The translations under genes and the position numbers were made by a program. Below the pieces are notes generated by a model, which worked only from the letters and a program-made list of their open reading frames with translations, did not search any database and had not been told where the DNA came from. Below, one piece after another: positions 1-15,300 of a stretch of DNA of 64,000 bases; within the stretch, counting starts at the first letter, position 1; the number at the start of each line of letters is the position of its first letter. The stretch is from Antedon mediterranea (Eukaryota > Animalia > Echinodermata): the NCBI RefSeq assembly GCF_964355755.1, contig NC_092672.1, positions 20,783,237-20,847,236 on the forward strand, given 5' to 3'.

Positions 1-283
1 AAAATGAAACACATCCTCTTTTCAATACATATTAATTAATCCTCAAAGCTCCAAATGAATTCTTCAGAAAGACATGTACTGAGCGCTACAGAAAATAATT
101 TATTCTGAAAGCTGTTAGACTTTACAAAAATTACTCTTTAGCAATAATTTGTATACATGTGTATTTTAAACATTTGTTTTAAATGTTTGTTTACATTTGT
201 GAGTCTGCCTCAACCAAAAGAATCAGATTGTGGATAATTAAAGTTGATTGAATTGAATAATTAACTGTTTACTGTACTTTCAG

Positions 284-388
284 GGGTTAATGGTGTGGAT
301 ACATGATGAAAAAGAGGTTTGGGTTCGAGCATATGTCAATTCATGTTTTAGTAATGGCAAGATTACAGTCACTAAATCTAATGGCCAG
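284..388 (+). CDS. MYO19: MYO19-like exon, N-terminal SH3-like segment
   Basis: cag|GGG...CAG|gtaag; encodes [35 protein letters not shown], in frame with next exon. Confidence 0.75.
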
Positions 389-3300
389 GTAAGAGGTTTG
401 GGTTCCAGCGTGTGTTAATTCATGTTTTAGTGATGGCAAGATTATAGTCACTAAATCTAATGGCCAGGTAAGAGGTTTGGGTTCGAGCATGTGTTAATTC
501 ATGTTTTAGTGATGGCAAGATTACAGTCACTAAATCGAATGGCCAGGTAAGAGGTTTGGGTTCCAGCATGTGTTAATTCATGTTTTAGTGATGGCAAGAT
601 TATAGTCACTAAATCTAATGGCCAGGTAAGAGGTTTGGGTTCCAGCATGTGTTGATTCATGTTTTAGTGATGGCAAGATTATAGTCACTAAATCTAATGG
701 CCAGGTAAGAGGTTTGGGTTCCAGCGTGTGTTGATTCATGTTTTAGTGATGGCAAGATTATAGACACAAAATATAATTGTGAGGTACGGTAAGGAGGGGA
801 GGGAAGCATACCATCTATGTCAACAACCCAACCTTGCTACTAAGTATTCTATATAATGTATTTTAAATATTGCTTGTAACTTCATTGTCTAGGAGGTTGT
901 GATACGTGGTCATGCTGGCTATCCAGTGCTGTGTACTCAAACAGATTGGATCAATACAGATGATCTTGTTTTGATTAATCCTCTCTCAGAACCTGCTGGT
1001 AAGTGAATTAATAGTAGACACATGTTTCAATGGTTGTTAGTACTATACAGGTCTTCCTCCTATTAAAGACTCCTTTAATTAAAAGCTCAATCTAATTTAA
1101 AGCCAGATGATCACCTATTTTTACCATTAGCTGTTGCCTCCCTCTAACTAATTAGAGATCAAAGACCACAATTTGGATGAATCCAACATTTTCCTTCAAA
1201 TTTTTCCAAATTAAATACTCACTTTAAAATAAAATTTATAGTTCAGTAATACATTTTTAGAGTAGAACAGCGAATAATTTGAAGAAAATTTGACAAAATA
1301 TTGGCAACACACTTGAGCAGTACTTGGCTGGTAGATACCACACTTAGACTGGCAACACACTTGTTACTTCTAATGTTTTCTGTTCATAGTGCTGAACTGT
1401 TTATGTGAGCGGTACTTAGCTGGTAGATACCACACTCAGACTGCAACACACTTGTTACTTAACAAAATGTTTTCTGTTCATAGTGCTGAACTGTTTACAT
1501 GAGCGGTACTTAGCTGGTAGATACCACACTCAGACTGGCAACACACTTGTTACTTAACAAAATGTTTTCTGTTCATAGTGCTGAACTGTTTACATGAGCG
1601 GTACTTAGCTGGTAGATACCACACTCAGACTGGCAACACACTTGTTACTTCTAATGTTTTCTGTTCATAGTGCTGAACTGTTTACATGAGCGGTACTTAG
1701 CTGGTAGATACCACACTCAAACTGGCAACACACTTGTTACTTTAAATCCTTTCAAAGAAACTGGACATTTTGATGTTCATATGATTCATCGTTACCATAG
1801 TGATCAAAAGGTAAACAATGATTCGCTAGTATACTATTGATTTTTAGGAAAATTTATATGTTGGTGACATCACTATTAAAATCTTGACTTCACTTTATCT
1901 TCAATATTGGGCAAAAATATTAATATGTCCTCAGTTGCACTTAGAAGTGATAGAGATATATGCAGAGCTCCTCTGAAAAGATAATTGTTTTGCTGAATAT
2001 GCTATTTTATGTCACATAATAACTGTAGTTATTCACTTCGACCAAAAATTGGGAAAAAAAACATTATTTACCTGAAAAACTGTAATTTTTTAACATTTGG
2101 TTAAGTTTAACCATTAATTTTGTCTTTTTTAAAAGTAAAAACACTATATTTGTTTTTTTTTATTTCTTTAAAATGAATAACTTTTTTAAAACAGCAAAAT
2201 GGCTTGATTTTATTAATCCTCATTTTCATGTTTTTTGGGGAATATACATCTTTATTTTTTTTTTTTTTCAGGCACACCCACCACATGTATTTGGAATTGC
2301 AGAAACAGCTTTGTGTAATCTTACTAGAAGACTAGACAAGATTAATCAGTCAATAATTGTCAGCGGTGAAAGTGGTTCTGGAAAGGTAATTCAACAATTT
2401 CAGTTTTACGTTTGTTTTCACCAATGTAATCAGAGTCAATTTTTACCTTTAGAACCATTTCTTGTTTATTTTGAAATAATAGAGAGACCTAAACTTGAAT
2501 AAAAATAGAGAGGCTAAAAGCATGGACAAGTAATAGAGTGCTATAATTTGTTTTTACTGTTTCAAAGGACACTGTTACAAAATCAGCATTTATTGAATGT
2601 CACTAAATGCTTGCCAGACGTGCAAAGAGGGAATGTTGGCAACCCATTTTCACAAAGGCAGTTTGTCAATATTTTTTGTGAAAATACAAAAACGTTTGTT
2701 ATTCTCTGTTATTTATTATTGTTTTATTACAGACATGGAATGCAAGATGTTTACTAAAATATCTGACAATGGTGGCAGTATGTAACCCTGGGTAATAAAA
2801 ATAAACACATTTAATTTAATATCATTAAACACTCTCATGTATGTAAAATTACAGTTTTTATTTCATCATAATTATAGATTTGTCTCTGTTTTGTTACTTA
2901 TTTGTGATAACTTGTTGTCTTTTTTGTTCTTAGTGGTTTTACACCATCACCAGCAGATTGCATTGAACGTAGAATATTAGACTCAAATCCTATTCTTGAA
3001 GCATTTGGTAATTATTATGTTTATCTTTAATAAAGTACAGTAAGATACACATGTCATTCTCAAATGTAAAAACATCTATGTACTGTTATGGTCCTAAGAA
3101 ACATCGCTAGAAGTTGGACCTTTATTTTTGTTAAATATACAAAATCAGCATTTTTAAATCATATCAATATATCAAATTTTCTATATTCATCATCATTATC
3201 ATCAACAGATAAAGAAAAAAATAGAATAAGAACAGTTGATAAAGAGATGAGAACCAAATAAAAACTAGATTTAATTCGTCACTATGACGAATTATAGGTT

Positions 3301-6300
3301 ATATGCATTGATTTAAATAAAGATAATTGATTTTTAAAAGATATATTGATTGATTGATTTTCTCAGAATCTTTAATTATTTATAATATATGATAGGACCT
3401 TGCTAACCGGTATCACAATCCGATCAAAGATCCATATGCGTATAATGTCAGAAACCACATTTGTTGTTACATAATAATAAAGACATAAGTTAATTTTTAT
3501 CTAGATTTCATTATAAATCATGTGTATAATCTGTACACTAAGAAATAATTTGAACAAACAATACGGATAATAAAAAAAAATCTTATTTCGTTTCCCAAGG
3601 TGAGACTCGATCTCGGTACCTTGAATGCCATAGACACGAGCACAGACCATCGAGCCATACACAACTGACTAAAAGTTGTAGAAAAATTCCTCCGTGTATT
3701 TACTATGCAGTAACCACTTTGGTGCAAATAGATTATTACATACCGAAATGAATTATAATTTTTTACTATAATGACATCTTTAAAATGTAAACAAATGATG
3801 CACTGTCAAACTACATACTTTTAACTTTAATATATGAACTTTTGAAGGAAGAAAGTTAATGATAAGTTTGTTATTTTGGCCTAAGAAAATGTCATAATTT
3901 GTTTGATTGTCGAAATTAATTTTGTTAAATTTAATATGCCATTAATGATGACTTAATCAACTTTTGTTCTTCTAATTTCATAATAAATCATACATATGAT
4001 ACATACACTTCAAGAAAATTAAATAAAAAATAGGTGTTCCCGAGCATTCTAACGATATATATTAATTTTAAAATTTAGCATATTTTCACCATTTTGTTAA
4101 CTTACACGTGCGTAGCCCGTCACTTTTGACGTGCTCGTATAACGCTGTTTCGCGTTGAAAAGTGAATAAAATATGATGATATTATTAAAGAAAGGTTATA
4201 CAACAGTAATCGGACACAAACAGTGCGCATTAACGTTTGACGCGCAGTGCGCGTGCAAAAATCTGCGCACTCATGGCAATTTTTTAAACGCTTAAAATTG
4301 CCTGAAACGTACTCTAATTTCATCGAAAATAAATTCTGACAATTTTTAACATTTTAAGCGCGCGGACGCATGCGTTATATGCGCTACGCACGTAATTGTA
4401 TTGCCATATGATGAAATATGACCTGAAATTTATGAGTACCAAATTTTGTTTAAAAGTGATTCATGTTTGTGAAGATATGATTACAAACGTGATTTCGTTA
4501 AATCGCGCGTAGACCGCGTAATTTTTGATTGCGCATCGTGAAAGCATAACCACATCGATTCCTGGCCATAAGGAATATACTCTGAAAAATTGACTTAGAT
4601 AGATGAAACTGATGCCAAGATAATTCACGGACAAATAGTGCTAAGGAAAGAATAAATAAATAAATAAATAAAGATTTTGACAGAATCAAGAGGTTATATG
4701 CATATCATGCATATAACCTAATGAGCATAATGATAGTATCATACTGATTTAAAAATAAATAAATAAAGCTACACCTAACCTAAAATTGATTAACGCTTTA
4801 TGTAAAATGAAATTTAAAATGATAATTTAAAGCAGTTTGTGTACTGATTTTACATTTTGTAATTCCTGCATAATCTTTAACCTTCAGTCATGGTGCCAAA
4901 ATCCTTTAAACTCCTAATATAATATATAGGCTAAAACTGTTGATCAGCAGTGGCCAACTTACAGTATGTTCTAAATATGAATTTGGTGAGATTTTATGCT
5001 CAAATTAAATTTTTGGCAGATTTGGTATCATTAAGACTAGTAGAATTAATTGCAATTGATGGCAATATTTGATGGCCTGCACCAGTATATATATATACAG
5101 TAATATTAATCTTTTGCCACCCAGTACCCTACACCTCCCTACAACTCCATCTCTGTTAGACAACTATTATTTCATTTTCTTAGGCAATGCTAGCACAACC
5201 AGGAATCACAATAGTAGCCGCTTTGGAAAGTACATTCAGCTACAATTCAGTCGGTAAGTTTCATACATTATTTTTATTTGTCAATGTTCAACCAACATAC
5301 TGTATACAGGCCATGCATTTTGAGTTTCTACATATGCCATTTTGTGTGTCATAGCAGGGAAGAATGAAATTACACACAAGAGGAATTCTTATTTTAACTT
5401 TACAATTTTGTTTTCAGTGGAAATCATGTTGTTGGTGCTTCTATTCAGACATATCTTCTTGAGAAAACTAGAGTTGTTTATCAATGTGATGGTGCCAGGA
5501 ATTTTCACATCTTTTACCAAGTTAGTATTAGTTATGTTTCATTTTTGTGTACCTTTAAACCGGATAACCAACTGTTTAACTTAACTGCTGGAAACTGTGA
5601 TACATTTGCATATTTCTGTTGCCATGTTTCTAAAGTGAGTAGGCTAATAGCAAACATATACCCTTTGGTTTTAATCAGGTTGTTAAAATTCTACTGATAT
5701 TCACAGGGGCTTGTTTTTTTGTTTGTTCTGCGCATTTGTGCTTTGTCCTGGTATTTAACTGACCGTACACCTGTTTGAAAGTATCGAAGCGTGACTTTTT
5801 TTTTCTCACAAACTTGAGATTGTACTAATGATAGCACCGTCAACTATACAATGACAATACTTTTCCCGTGATTTCACAAGGTTCGTGAGTAAATATGAAA
5901 ACATGCAATAAGTCTGGAGATCAATGTAGGCAGATGTGAAAAGGATCTTTCTGGTACTGATATTAAACATCTTGAAACAAAATTGTCACTTTGTAATATT
6001 TTGTAATATAGCGCAAGAAAGCACTCACTCTACTAATGTTATCAAAGCATGAAATATATTATTAGTTTATATTATTCTCATTATTAGTCTTTTTAATAAT
6101 ATCATTAACATTTCTTCTTTCAAATTATCATAGATGCTGTTTGGCGCAAATGAAAGGGAAATGAGGAACTGGTTACTACCAAATGTATTGAGTTCAGACA
6201 ACTTAAACTATGTGAAACTAAACCGTTCAGAAGATGCATGTAATCAAAAGGATAAACAAGATTTTATAGTTACAAAGCAAGCAATGTGTAATGTTGGACT

Positions 6301-9300
6301 TAGCAGGTCACAGCAACAAGAATTATTTAAAGTAAGAAACTTTTACTTCATTAGTTAGTAAGCGATGTCTAATGTTGGACTTAGCAGGTCAAAGCAACAA
6401 GAATTATTTAAAGTAAGAAACTTTTACTTCATTAGTTAGTAAGCGATGTCTAATGTTGGACTTAGCAGGTCACAGCAACAAGAATTATTTAAAGTAAGAA
6501 ACTTTTACTTAATTAGAACTGGTTACTTAACAAACATTGTTTTACCAGGGAAGAGTGAATTCACTGGTAAAACATGGTTAAACTTAGTGGTGATATTATT
6601 AGTAACTGAACCAAAACAATGTGTTTAGATGCCTTGGTTGAACTAATCCAGCACATGTGGACAGTAAACATGAGTGAACTAACTGAACCAAAGCAATGTG
6701 TTTAGATGCCTTGGTTGAACTAATCCAGCACATGTGGACAGTAAACATCAGTGAACTAACTGAACCAAAGCAATGTGTTTAGATGCCTTAGTTGAACTAA
6801 TCCAGCACATGTGGACAGTAAACATCAGTGAACTTTTACCTAGTTTTTACAATCATGATAGTATATTGATTCAAAACAACTTTTACAAATTTATGGTAAT
6901 GAAAACCAAATGGTAGTATATAAATAAGTGATAATAGACTTTGATGTTTTTTATACATAAATCTAATAGTAATGTTATAATTCTATTTTTTGAATTATTG
7001 AATTGAATTTGAAAATGTGTTTATTTGTAGGTTCTAAGTGGTATACTTCATCTTGGAAATATAGAGTTTATTAGTGATGATGTCACTGGACCATGTGAAA
7101 TTGATTCTGAAAAACAAGGTAAATGATATAAAAGGTTATGCTGTTTAATTATTTTCTGTATTATACCAATAAAAAGATTGCATACAGTATTTATAGTTTA
7201 GCTTAAAGTAGTTGCAACCTTTAAGATTGCATACAGTATTTATAGTTTAGCTTAAAGTAGTCCAACCTGTCAGATTGCATACAGTATTTATAGTTTAGCT
7301 TAAAGTAGTTGCGACCTTTAAGATTGCATACAGTATTTATAGTTTAGCTTAAAGTAGTTGCAACCTGTCAGATTGCATACAGTATTTATAGTTTAGCTTA
7401 AAGTAGTTGCGACCTTTAGGATTGCATACAGTATTTATAGTTTAGCTTAAAGTAGTTGCGACCTTTAAGATTGCATACAGTATTTATAGTTCAGCTTAAA
7501 GTAGTTGCGACCTTTAAGATTGCATACAGTATTTATAGTTTAGCTTAAAGTAGTTGCAACCTTTAAGATTGCATACAGTATTTATAGTTTAGCTTAAAGT
7601 AGTTGCAACCTTTTTTAAGATTGCATACAGTATTTATAGTTTAGCTTAAAGTAGTTGCAACCTTTAAGTTTTAATAGATTATGTTTATAATAAATTGGCG
7701 TTTACTTATGATTCAAAATATTCTATCAACAGTATATATATCTTTTTAGTATTTTTTAATTTGTTTTTATTTCTACCATAATATAATATATGAGAAATAA
7801 CTAAAAACAGACATAAGGAATACCTTAATGTTATGGTAGGTTGGTCACAAAATATCTTTAAAAATATCGTTAATAATTATATCATTTTAAAATCTTAAAT
7901 AATCTTATTAATATTCTTCTCCATCTTCAAAAAATGTTGATAAAATATTTCAGCCAAAGAAAGATTTTCTAATTTACTAATTATTCAATATATCATATTG
8001 TTGTACTATTGATGTTGCTTCATCAGGAGTTGACACATCTGTTAATGCTGCTGCACAGTTACTTGGTCTTGATGTTGATGCCTTAACTAGATGTCTTGCA
8101 TTCCGACAAATCACTGCATCTCACAAGCGTAGAAAGAGTGTCTTTATGAAACCTTGCATAAAAGATGAATGTCATACAAGGAGAGATTGTCTTGCAAAGT
8201 TACTCTATGCCAGGTATTTTACAAACATTAAAGCTATATTTGTTTGTAGTGAAAGAAACTTATTTACTCTTTTGAAAATAATCTTGTTGTGCAGTATTTG
8301 CCTTTTTACTGACCTGTACATTCAAAACAAACACACAGAAGATGTTGTACAAATCCAATAACTTTTATTTGCTTCCCCATATGCATGCTGGGCTGCACTG
8401 AGGTGGATTGCCCACAACAAATCCTACATTCACTTTTAAACATTCACAACAATTAAATAAACATACATACATGCAAACTCTAATACTTAGTCAATTTAAT
8501 TTAATTTTATTCTGCCTAATTTCTTTCTTTGTCATGTAGTTAGTATGTAACAGGAGAAACTGTTTACATGCAAACTTTTTCAACCCCACTTTGGTTTTAC
8601 CAAAAAAAAACTAGCTTTGAAGACTGTGACTAAATTATGGTTTAACGTTTCAGAGTTTTTGATTGGCTCGTTGGATTCATCAATGGCTGTACCATGGCCA
8701 GGAGTTGGCAGTCTTACATTGGTCTACTGGATGTCTATGGATTTGAAAGTTTTTCATTTAACAGTTTGGAGCAATTATGCATAAATTATGCAAATGAGAA
8801 GCTTCAGCAACATTTTGTGCACAACTTCCTCAAAGCAGAACAGGTATTCCAACAAACTTATTTTCTATATATAGAATATGCTAATATACAGTTGGTGCTA
8901 CGGTGTTTTATTAGAGTGATAATAACAACAGTTCTTTATTAAAAAAACAAATGAAGAAAAATAATATGGCACTTCTTTTAGTTTATATCAAACGAATCTT
9001 GTAAAAAAAATATCAAAATACTAGTATAATTATAATATAATATAAAATAATTAAGATAACAATAATAATTAAAGTTTATGAGAATTATCATTCACTTTTT
9101 TTCTCTAACAGTGATAATGATGAACCTTTATAAACATAATTATACTGCTGATTAAACAGCCATGTTTATATTATTTTAGGATGACTGTCAATCTGAGGGA
9201 GTTCCATGGAAATTTGAAGACTTTACTGACAATAAAACATGTCTTGCTATTATTGAAGGCAACATCAGTATATTTGCACTTATGAATCAAGTAAGTGTTG

Positions 9301-12300
9301 CTATTCCACAGCAAAATACACAAAATTATTTGTCATAGTTTTTCGCAAATTATGGTTGGAAAAGACCTGTATTCTGTAGTTTGTCTTTTTATTGAAAGAT
9401 AAACTGCTGTAAAAAAAGATGTATTGAGAATTTGCCTTTCTCAATCGTAGTACAGTACGTCGTAAAATAATAACTCTTTTGTATTTTGAATTTGACATTT
9501 TGAGAAACAGTGGTTTTTACCATACAGGCATAGTTTGTCTTACAAACGATAGTTTGTCTTTCCATAAAAATAAACTGTCGTTTGTAAGAAGATAAAAAAT
9601 GGATTTTGAGCATAGTTTACACTAGAAAACTAGATGTACTTTTGCACCTCAAGCTTAACCCCAATATTCACCTGCTGCACATCAGTGATAGTGAGTGACC
9701 TTATGCCCAGTGATTTCAAGTTAGGTGCAAAAGTACAGTAGCACCACAACCAGTTGCAAACTACAAGTTGTTGTGCTTAGACTGTCCATCTAAGATCACA
9801 ATCATGTTATTATTTCATTTACTTTCTATGAACTAGTTGCAAGTTTATCTTGTTTATAGCAATGCAAGTTAAACAGACATTCAGATCCAAGTTCGTTTTG
9901 TGAGTTTCTTCATGACACCATCAGCAGTGCAAACTTATCTCGTGCACATATATCAGTGACATCACCAGCTTTTGTTGTGCATCACTATGCAGAGAAAGTT
10001 ACGTACCAAGTGGATGGTCTAATTGAAAAGAATAAGGTAATATACTTACAACTGAAAGCCAGTTTTACAGTATATTCACAAAAAAAGGGGGTTAGAAGTT
10101 CATAAATAGTTTCTCAAAGCATTACAATTATGGAATAGTGCATCTGCTTCGTTTAAACTCATTTCTCATAATCTTATAACTGAAAATAAATACCACAGGA
10201 AAATGTATCAATGGCTGTTTGTAGCTATAGGTAATGCTCTATCACCTGTGTAAGAAGAGGATACACCATTTAAGTTGGAAAAGCTTTTGCTTTTGCTAAA
10301 CTATTTTAGCTCATTTGTTCAAAACTTGTAGTGAGATCAAGGAGGAAGGACCAGACAATTTAATTATCAACTTTAGAATACAACATAGTGTATAGGAACA
10401 AATTAAAGGTAAGCCTGTCATTAATAAAAACAATGGTCAGCAGTCAAACAGTTTATATTTGTTTAATACAATGATATTATATAGCCGAAGGCTAGATGTC
10501 AAACTACAAAGTTATCGCAGTTCAAAAGGTGATTCTCCATGGAGAGGGAACCAACAAAATAACGGCTTTCAATCGACCAATCAGATATGCCCAACGCAGT
10601 ACGCACTGCTATATGCCTGTGTTGAGCCTATCTGCGTGAGAACAATACACAATGCAGCGTGTTAAGCGTATAACCGTGAACGCATTCTATATGATCCTCA
10701 AATACAAAAATGCTAGATTACCTAGAATTTATTCATTCCATTGCGATTTATAAATCTTCACTGTGCTTTGACAAGAATATGTGAATGTATTATATTAGAT
10801 TATTATTTGTTATGTTAAATAATGTTTTTGAACACATTTACGGCTGCCATCTTTTTTCAGTCTGGAGTACGTGCTCAGCCTTCAGCTTACATACAGTATT
10901 ACATATCTCTGGTTTTATATCAAAATAAGAATTGGTTCACTAACACAATTCTATTTAGAAAACGACAAGAGTGTTTCAACCTATTTAACCACATACTGTA
11001 TGCTCTCCAATATTACAATTTCATCAAGTTAAGAACAATCAATTTACCATCTTGCCCTCCTGCCTTCCTGCCCTATTACCATGGCTTTTTTTCTGAGCAT
11101 CCCTATAATATTTACTTTGAATGGAAACCTTATTGCTATTACATTATATTTGCTCATTAGATTTGATGTGCAGTGTTCACAGGTGAATGTTCATTTACTA
11201 ATTAATCTATTGTGTATCATTTGATGTTTTTAGGATGGTATTCCAACAGAACTTGTAGATTTGCTTAAAATTAGCAGCAAGAAGTTTGTGCAACAATTAG
11301 TTGATGCTAATGTTACCAGTTTACAGGTGATTAATCTTTTCATTTGTTTTTAAACACCATAGTAACACTATACTAATGCCATACTAACATCAAACTAACA
11401 ATGTAGTAACACCATACTAACAATGTAGTAACACCATACTAACACTATACTAACACTATACTAATGCCATACTAACATCAAACTAACAATGTAGTATTGT
11501 AACACTATACTAACATCAAACTAACAATGTACTAACACTATACCATTGCTTTTTAAGTTCTGTCTTCATCAATGTTACATCATGAAACTTTTAAACAAAG
11601 AATAATGCCGAATAAATGTGTGATATTTATAATGCCTTTGCATCTTGTCTTGTTATGTCAATAGTTCTGTTTAACCTAAATTAGGTTAATTTTATGATTG
11701 TTTTTTCAGAGTCCAAGTAAAACAAAAGGCAAAAAGACTACTTCTTCAGTGGTATCAACATTTAAGGTACAGAATCCTGAACTCATACAAAACTTAATTT
11801 AGAATCTTGATGAATTTAGTATGGAACATCAATTTAAAAAATACCTTCAAGACCGAGCTCTTGTTTTAGGAGTTAGATAGGTTTTTTGCTTTGTTGTTGT
11901 TTTTGCTTTCTTGACCCTTTTTTTTTCTTGAAAGAGAAGAAACAGGGAAACAAGGCCTTTTATGGGTTATCCTCAGCATCCCTGTTTTTGTATATTGTTG
12001 ATGTTTCATATTTTGTTTCCTGTATATTATATTAATTTTATCTGTAAATTGTTTTTTATGATGCTGAAATAAATCAAATAAACATCTGCAAGATCACTCA
12101 AATTGTTGCTTCCCAATTTTTTTTTTACTTCTGTTGAAAATGTAACTTATATTATGCAAGATATTTTATTTTTTGATTATCAGACATATTTCCTCAATCC
12201 ATTTTGTATTTACTATACTTATTTTGGTTGATACCATTTAGTTTTTACATGTAATCTTCGGGATAACAATCTAACAATTGTATCTTATATCTTAGAATTC

Positions 12301-15300
12301 ATTGGACAGTCTTATGGCTACTTTACATGAAATAACACCTCACTACATCCGCTGTATCAAACCAAGTCTTGAGTGTCAACCAGACAGCTTTGATAACGTT
12401 CATGTTATAAATCAACTACGTGCTTGCGGTGTTCTTGAAACAATTCAGATTAGTGCAACAGGCTTCCCTACCAGGTCAGCTTACAGGGATTGTTTTGTGT
12501 TCTTTTTATACTAACAATGTACCCATCTATGACTGGTTAATACCCTTGTTAGTTAAATTCACTTGAAACAATTCAGATTAGTGCAACAGGCTTCCCTACC
12601 AGGTCAGCTTACAGCTATTGTTTTGTGTTCTTTTTATACTAACAATGTACCCATCTATGACTGGTTTATACCCTTGTTAGTTAAGTTCACTTGAAACAAT
12701 TCAGATTAGTGCAACAGGCTTCCCTACCAGGTCAGCTTACAGCTATTGTTTTGTGTTCTTTTTATACTAACAATGTACCCATCTATGACTGGTTTATACC
12801 CTTGTTAGTTAAGTTCATTTGAAACAATTCAGATTAGTGCAACATGCTTCCCTACCAGGTCAGCTTAAAGTTATTGTTTTGTGTTCCTTTTATACTAACA
12901 ATGTACCCATCTGTGACTGGTTTATACCCTTGTTAGTTAAGTTCACTTGAAACAATTGAGATCAGTGCAAGAGGCTTCCATACCAGGTCAGCTTAAAGTT
13001 ATTGTTTTGTGTTCCTTTTATACTAACAATGTACCCATCTGTGACTGGTTTATACCCTTGTTAGTTAAGTTCACTTGAAACAATTGAGGTCAGTGCAACA
13101 GGCTTCCCTACCAGGTCAGCTTACAGCTATTGTTTTGTGTTCTTTTTATACTAACAATGTACCCATCTATGACTGGTTAATACCATTGTTAGTTAAGTTA
13201 ACTTGAAACAATTCAGATTAGTGCAACAGGCTTCACTACCAGGTCAGCTTACAGCTATTTGTTTTCATTTGATACCTTGGCTAAACATTTTCGATATTGA
13301 ATTATTAAGCAAAAACTAAAATCGTTGTGTTGTATTGTTTTATAGCTAGTTGCACTAAACCTTATTTGTATTTTCCTGTATTTTTTACTATTACAATCCC
13401 AATTAAACAGCTTGCTCTAGGACTTACAATGCATATACTGAAAGATGAGGGCGTATCAATTTGATCTCTGATGAGTGTGCCTACAACTGAGGGACTAGTG
13501 CTGTACCGCCGTACCACGACGATCCAATCGAGTTTGAACAATACCATGGTGTCTATTGGTTAGGACATCTGCATATCAAGCAGAAGGTTCCGGGTTTGAA
13601 TCTTGGTGGAGGCGACTTTTTCTCATTCTCACAGATTTCCTCATCTTCATCGTATCAAATTAATTAATTAAATTTCAGTATAACTATATCACCGGGCGGT
13701 TTAGAATTTATTCTGTGCCTGTGATGTATATAATATATACTATATATACATCCCTGTGCATACTGTACATGTTGAACACCTACACTTGCCAGTGTGTTGT
13801 TTGTTATACTTGATTCTGAACGATAACGACAATTTTCTTATAGAATGTTGTACAGTGATTTTCTTAAGAGGTATGAATTATTAATAAGGTCAAACTCAGA
13901 AGATGTAAAAGATTTGGATACAAAAAGTAAATGTGCTGTTATTACGAATCTGGTTTTAGCTGAAGCAGACAAAGAAAATAAAATGAAAAGCTTTTTGTTT
14001 GGAAAAACAAAGATATTCCTAAGAGAGGGAGAGGTACTTAAAAGCAGTTTAATAATAATTTAATTATTTTATATTTGCAGTAGAATAAATTAAATTTTAA
14101 TTAGTTTAAGTGAATATTTTATGGCAAAGGAATCATTAGCAATTATTTGACTTTATACGGTCATTTTTCGCCAAGGTAAGGTGAACTAGGCTTGCCGACC
14201 CAGCCAAGTCTACTTACACTTTGCTACATATTTTAATATAACAGATGTAATATTTAGTTCCTCGAGAAAAATATCATTCCCTCGGGGATTTCACCTCTAA
14301 GTAGGCAATATCTGTATAATATAAACCTTTGCAGTAGAGCTGAATGAGTGTCGTAAAATAAACCTTTATTTTTTAAAGTAGTGCTACAGGAATATTTTTG
14401 TAGAATAAGATAGGAAATTCACCAAAATTAACTAAATAATTATGTAAAATTGAGGCATTTTTCTCTTTAAAAAAAGTATATAAATATAAAAAGGAAAAGA
14501 ACAATTAATTTGACACAATTTGAAAAATACCATTTTATTAAAAATTATTACCCAGTTAAATGTGTGTAAGTCATTGAAAATCAGTAAAATTGCTATCTTA
14601 TAACATGAAAAAGTTGTAGCACCAAATTATAATACTTTGTTTTTAGCTTGTTAGTGTAAAAAAGTAAGTAAGAATCTGCATCATTGTATATTTATTATAT
14701 TCCGTTATTTTTTATTTAGTTGGATAAACTTGAAGATGCAAGATTGAAGGAATTCAATTTAAGTGCTGGTGTAATACAGATATGGTGGAGGAAGATCCTG
14801 GCAACCAAAAGTAAACAAGAGGCAGCTGTGGTCATCATTCAAGCAGGTATTGATTGTAATAGTGTTTTGCCAAATATCTTGCAGGCATCATGCTGTTACC
14901 AAACCAAGTCACTAATTGTCACTAATTAGAATTGATATGTTGTAGGTTTTAGAGGCTGGAAGGTGAGAGAAGATGTAAAGAGACGACATGAGGCAGCACG
15001 TGTCATACAGTATGCTATGATTGGATATTCAATTCGTTTAAACCAACGCAAGTTAGATGAACAATTAAATGAATTGAATTCAGACGAGGTAGGCCTTTAC
15101 TTAAAACTCGCAATTTTCAATCTTCGCTGCACTAACAGACTTTACATTGTGAAGTATGTTCCTTCATCACTAACACATCCTCATTTACATGTACTTACTT
15201 TAATGATGTTAAATTAACACATCATCATATGTACTGTGCTATAAAACTAATAATGTTGAATAGAGTATATTTCATTTACTGAGAGATTGCCTGTGCTTGG

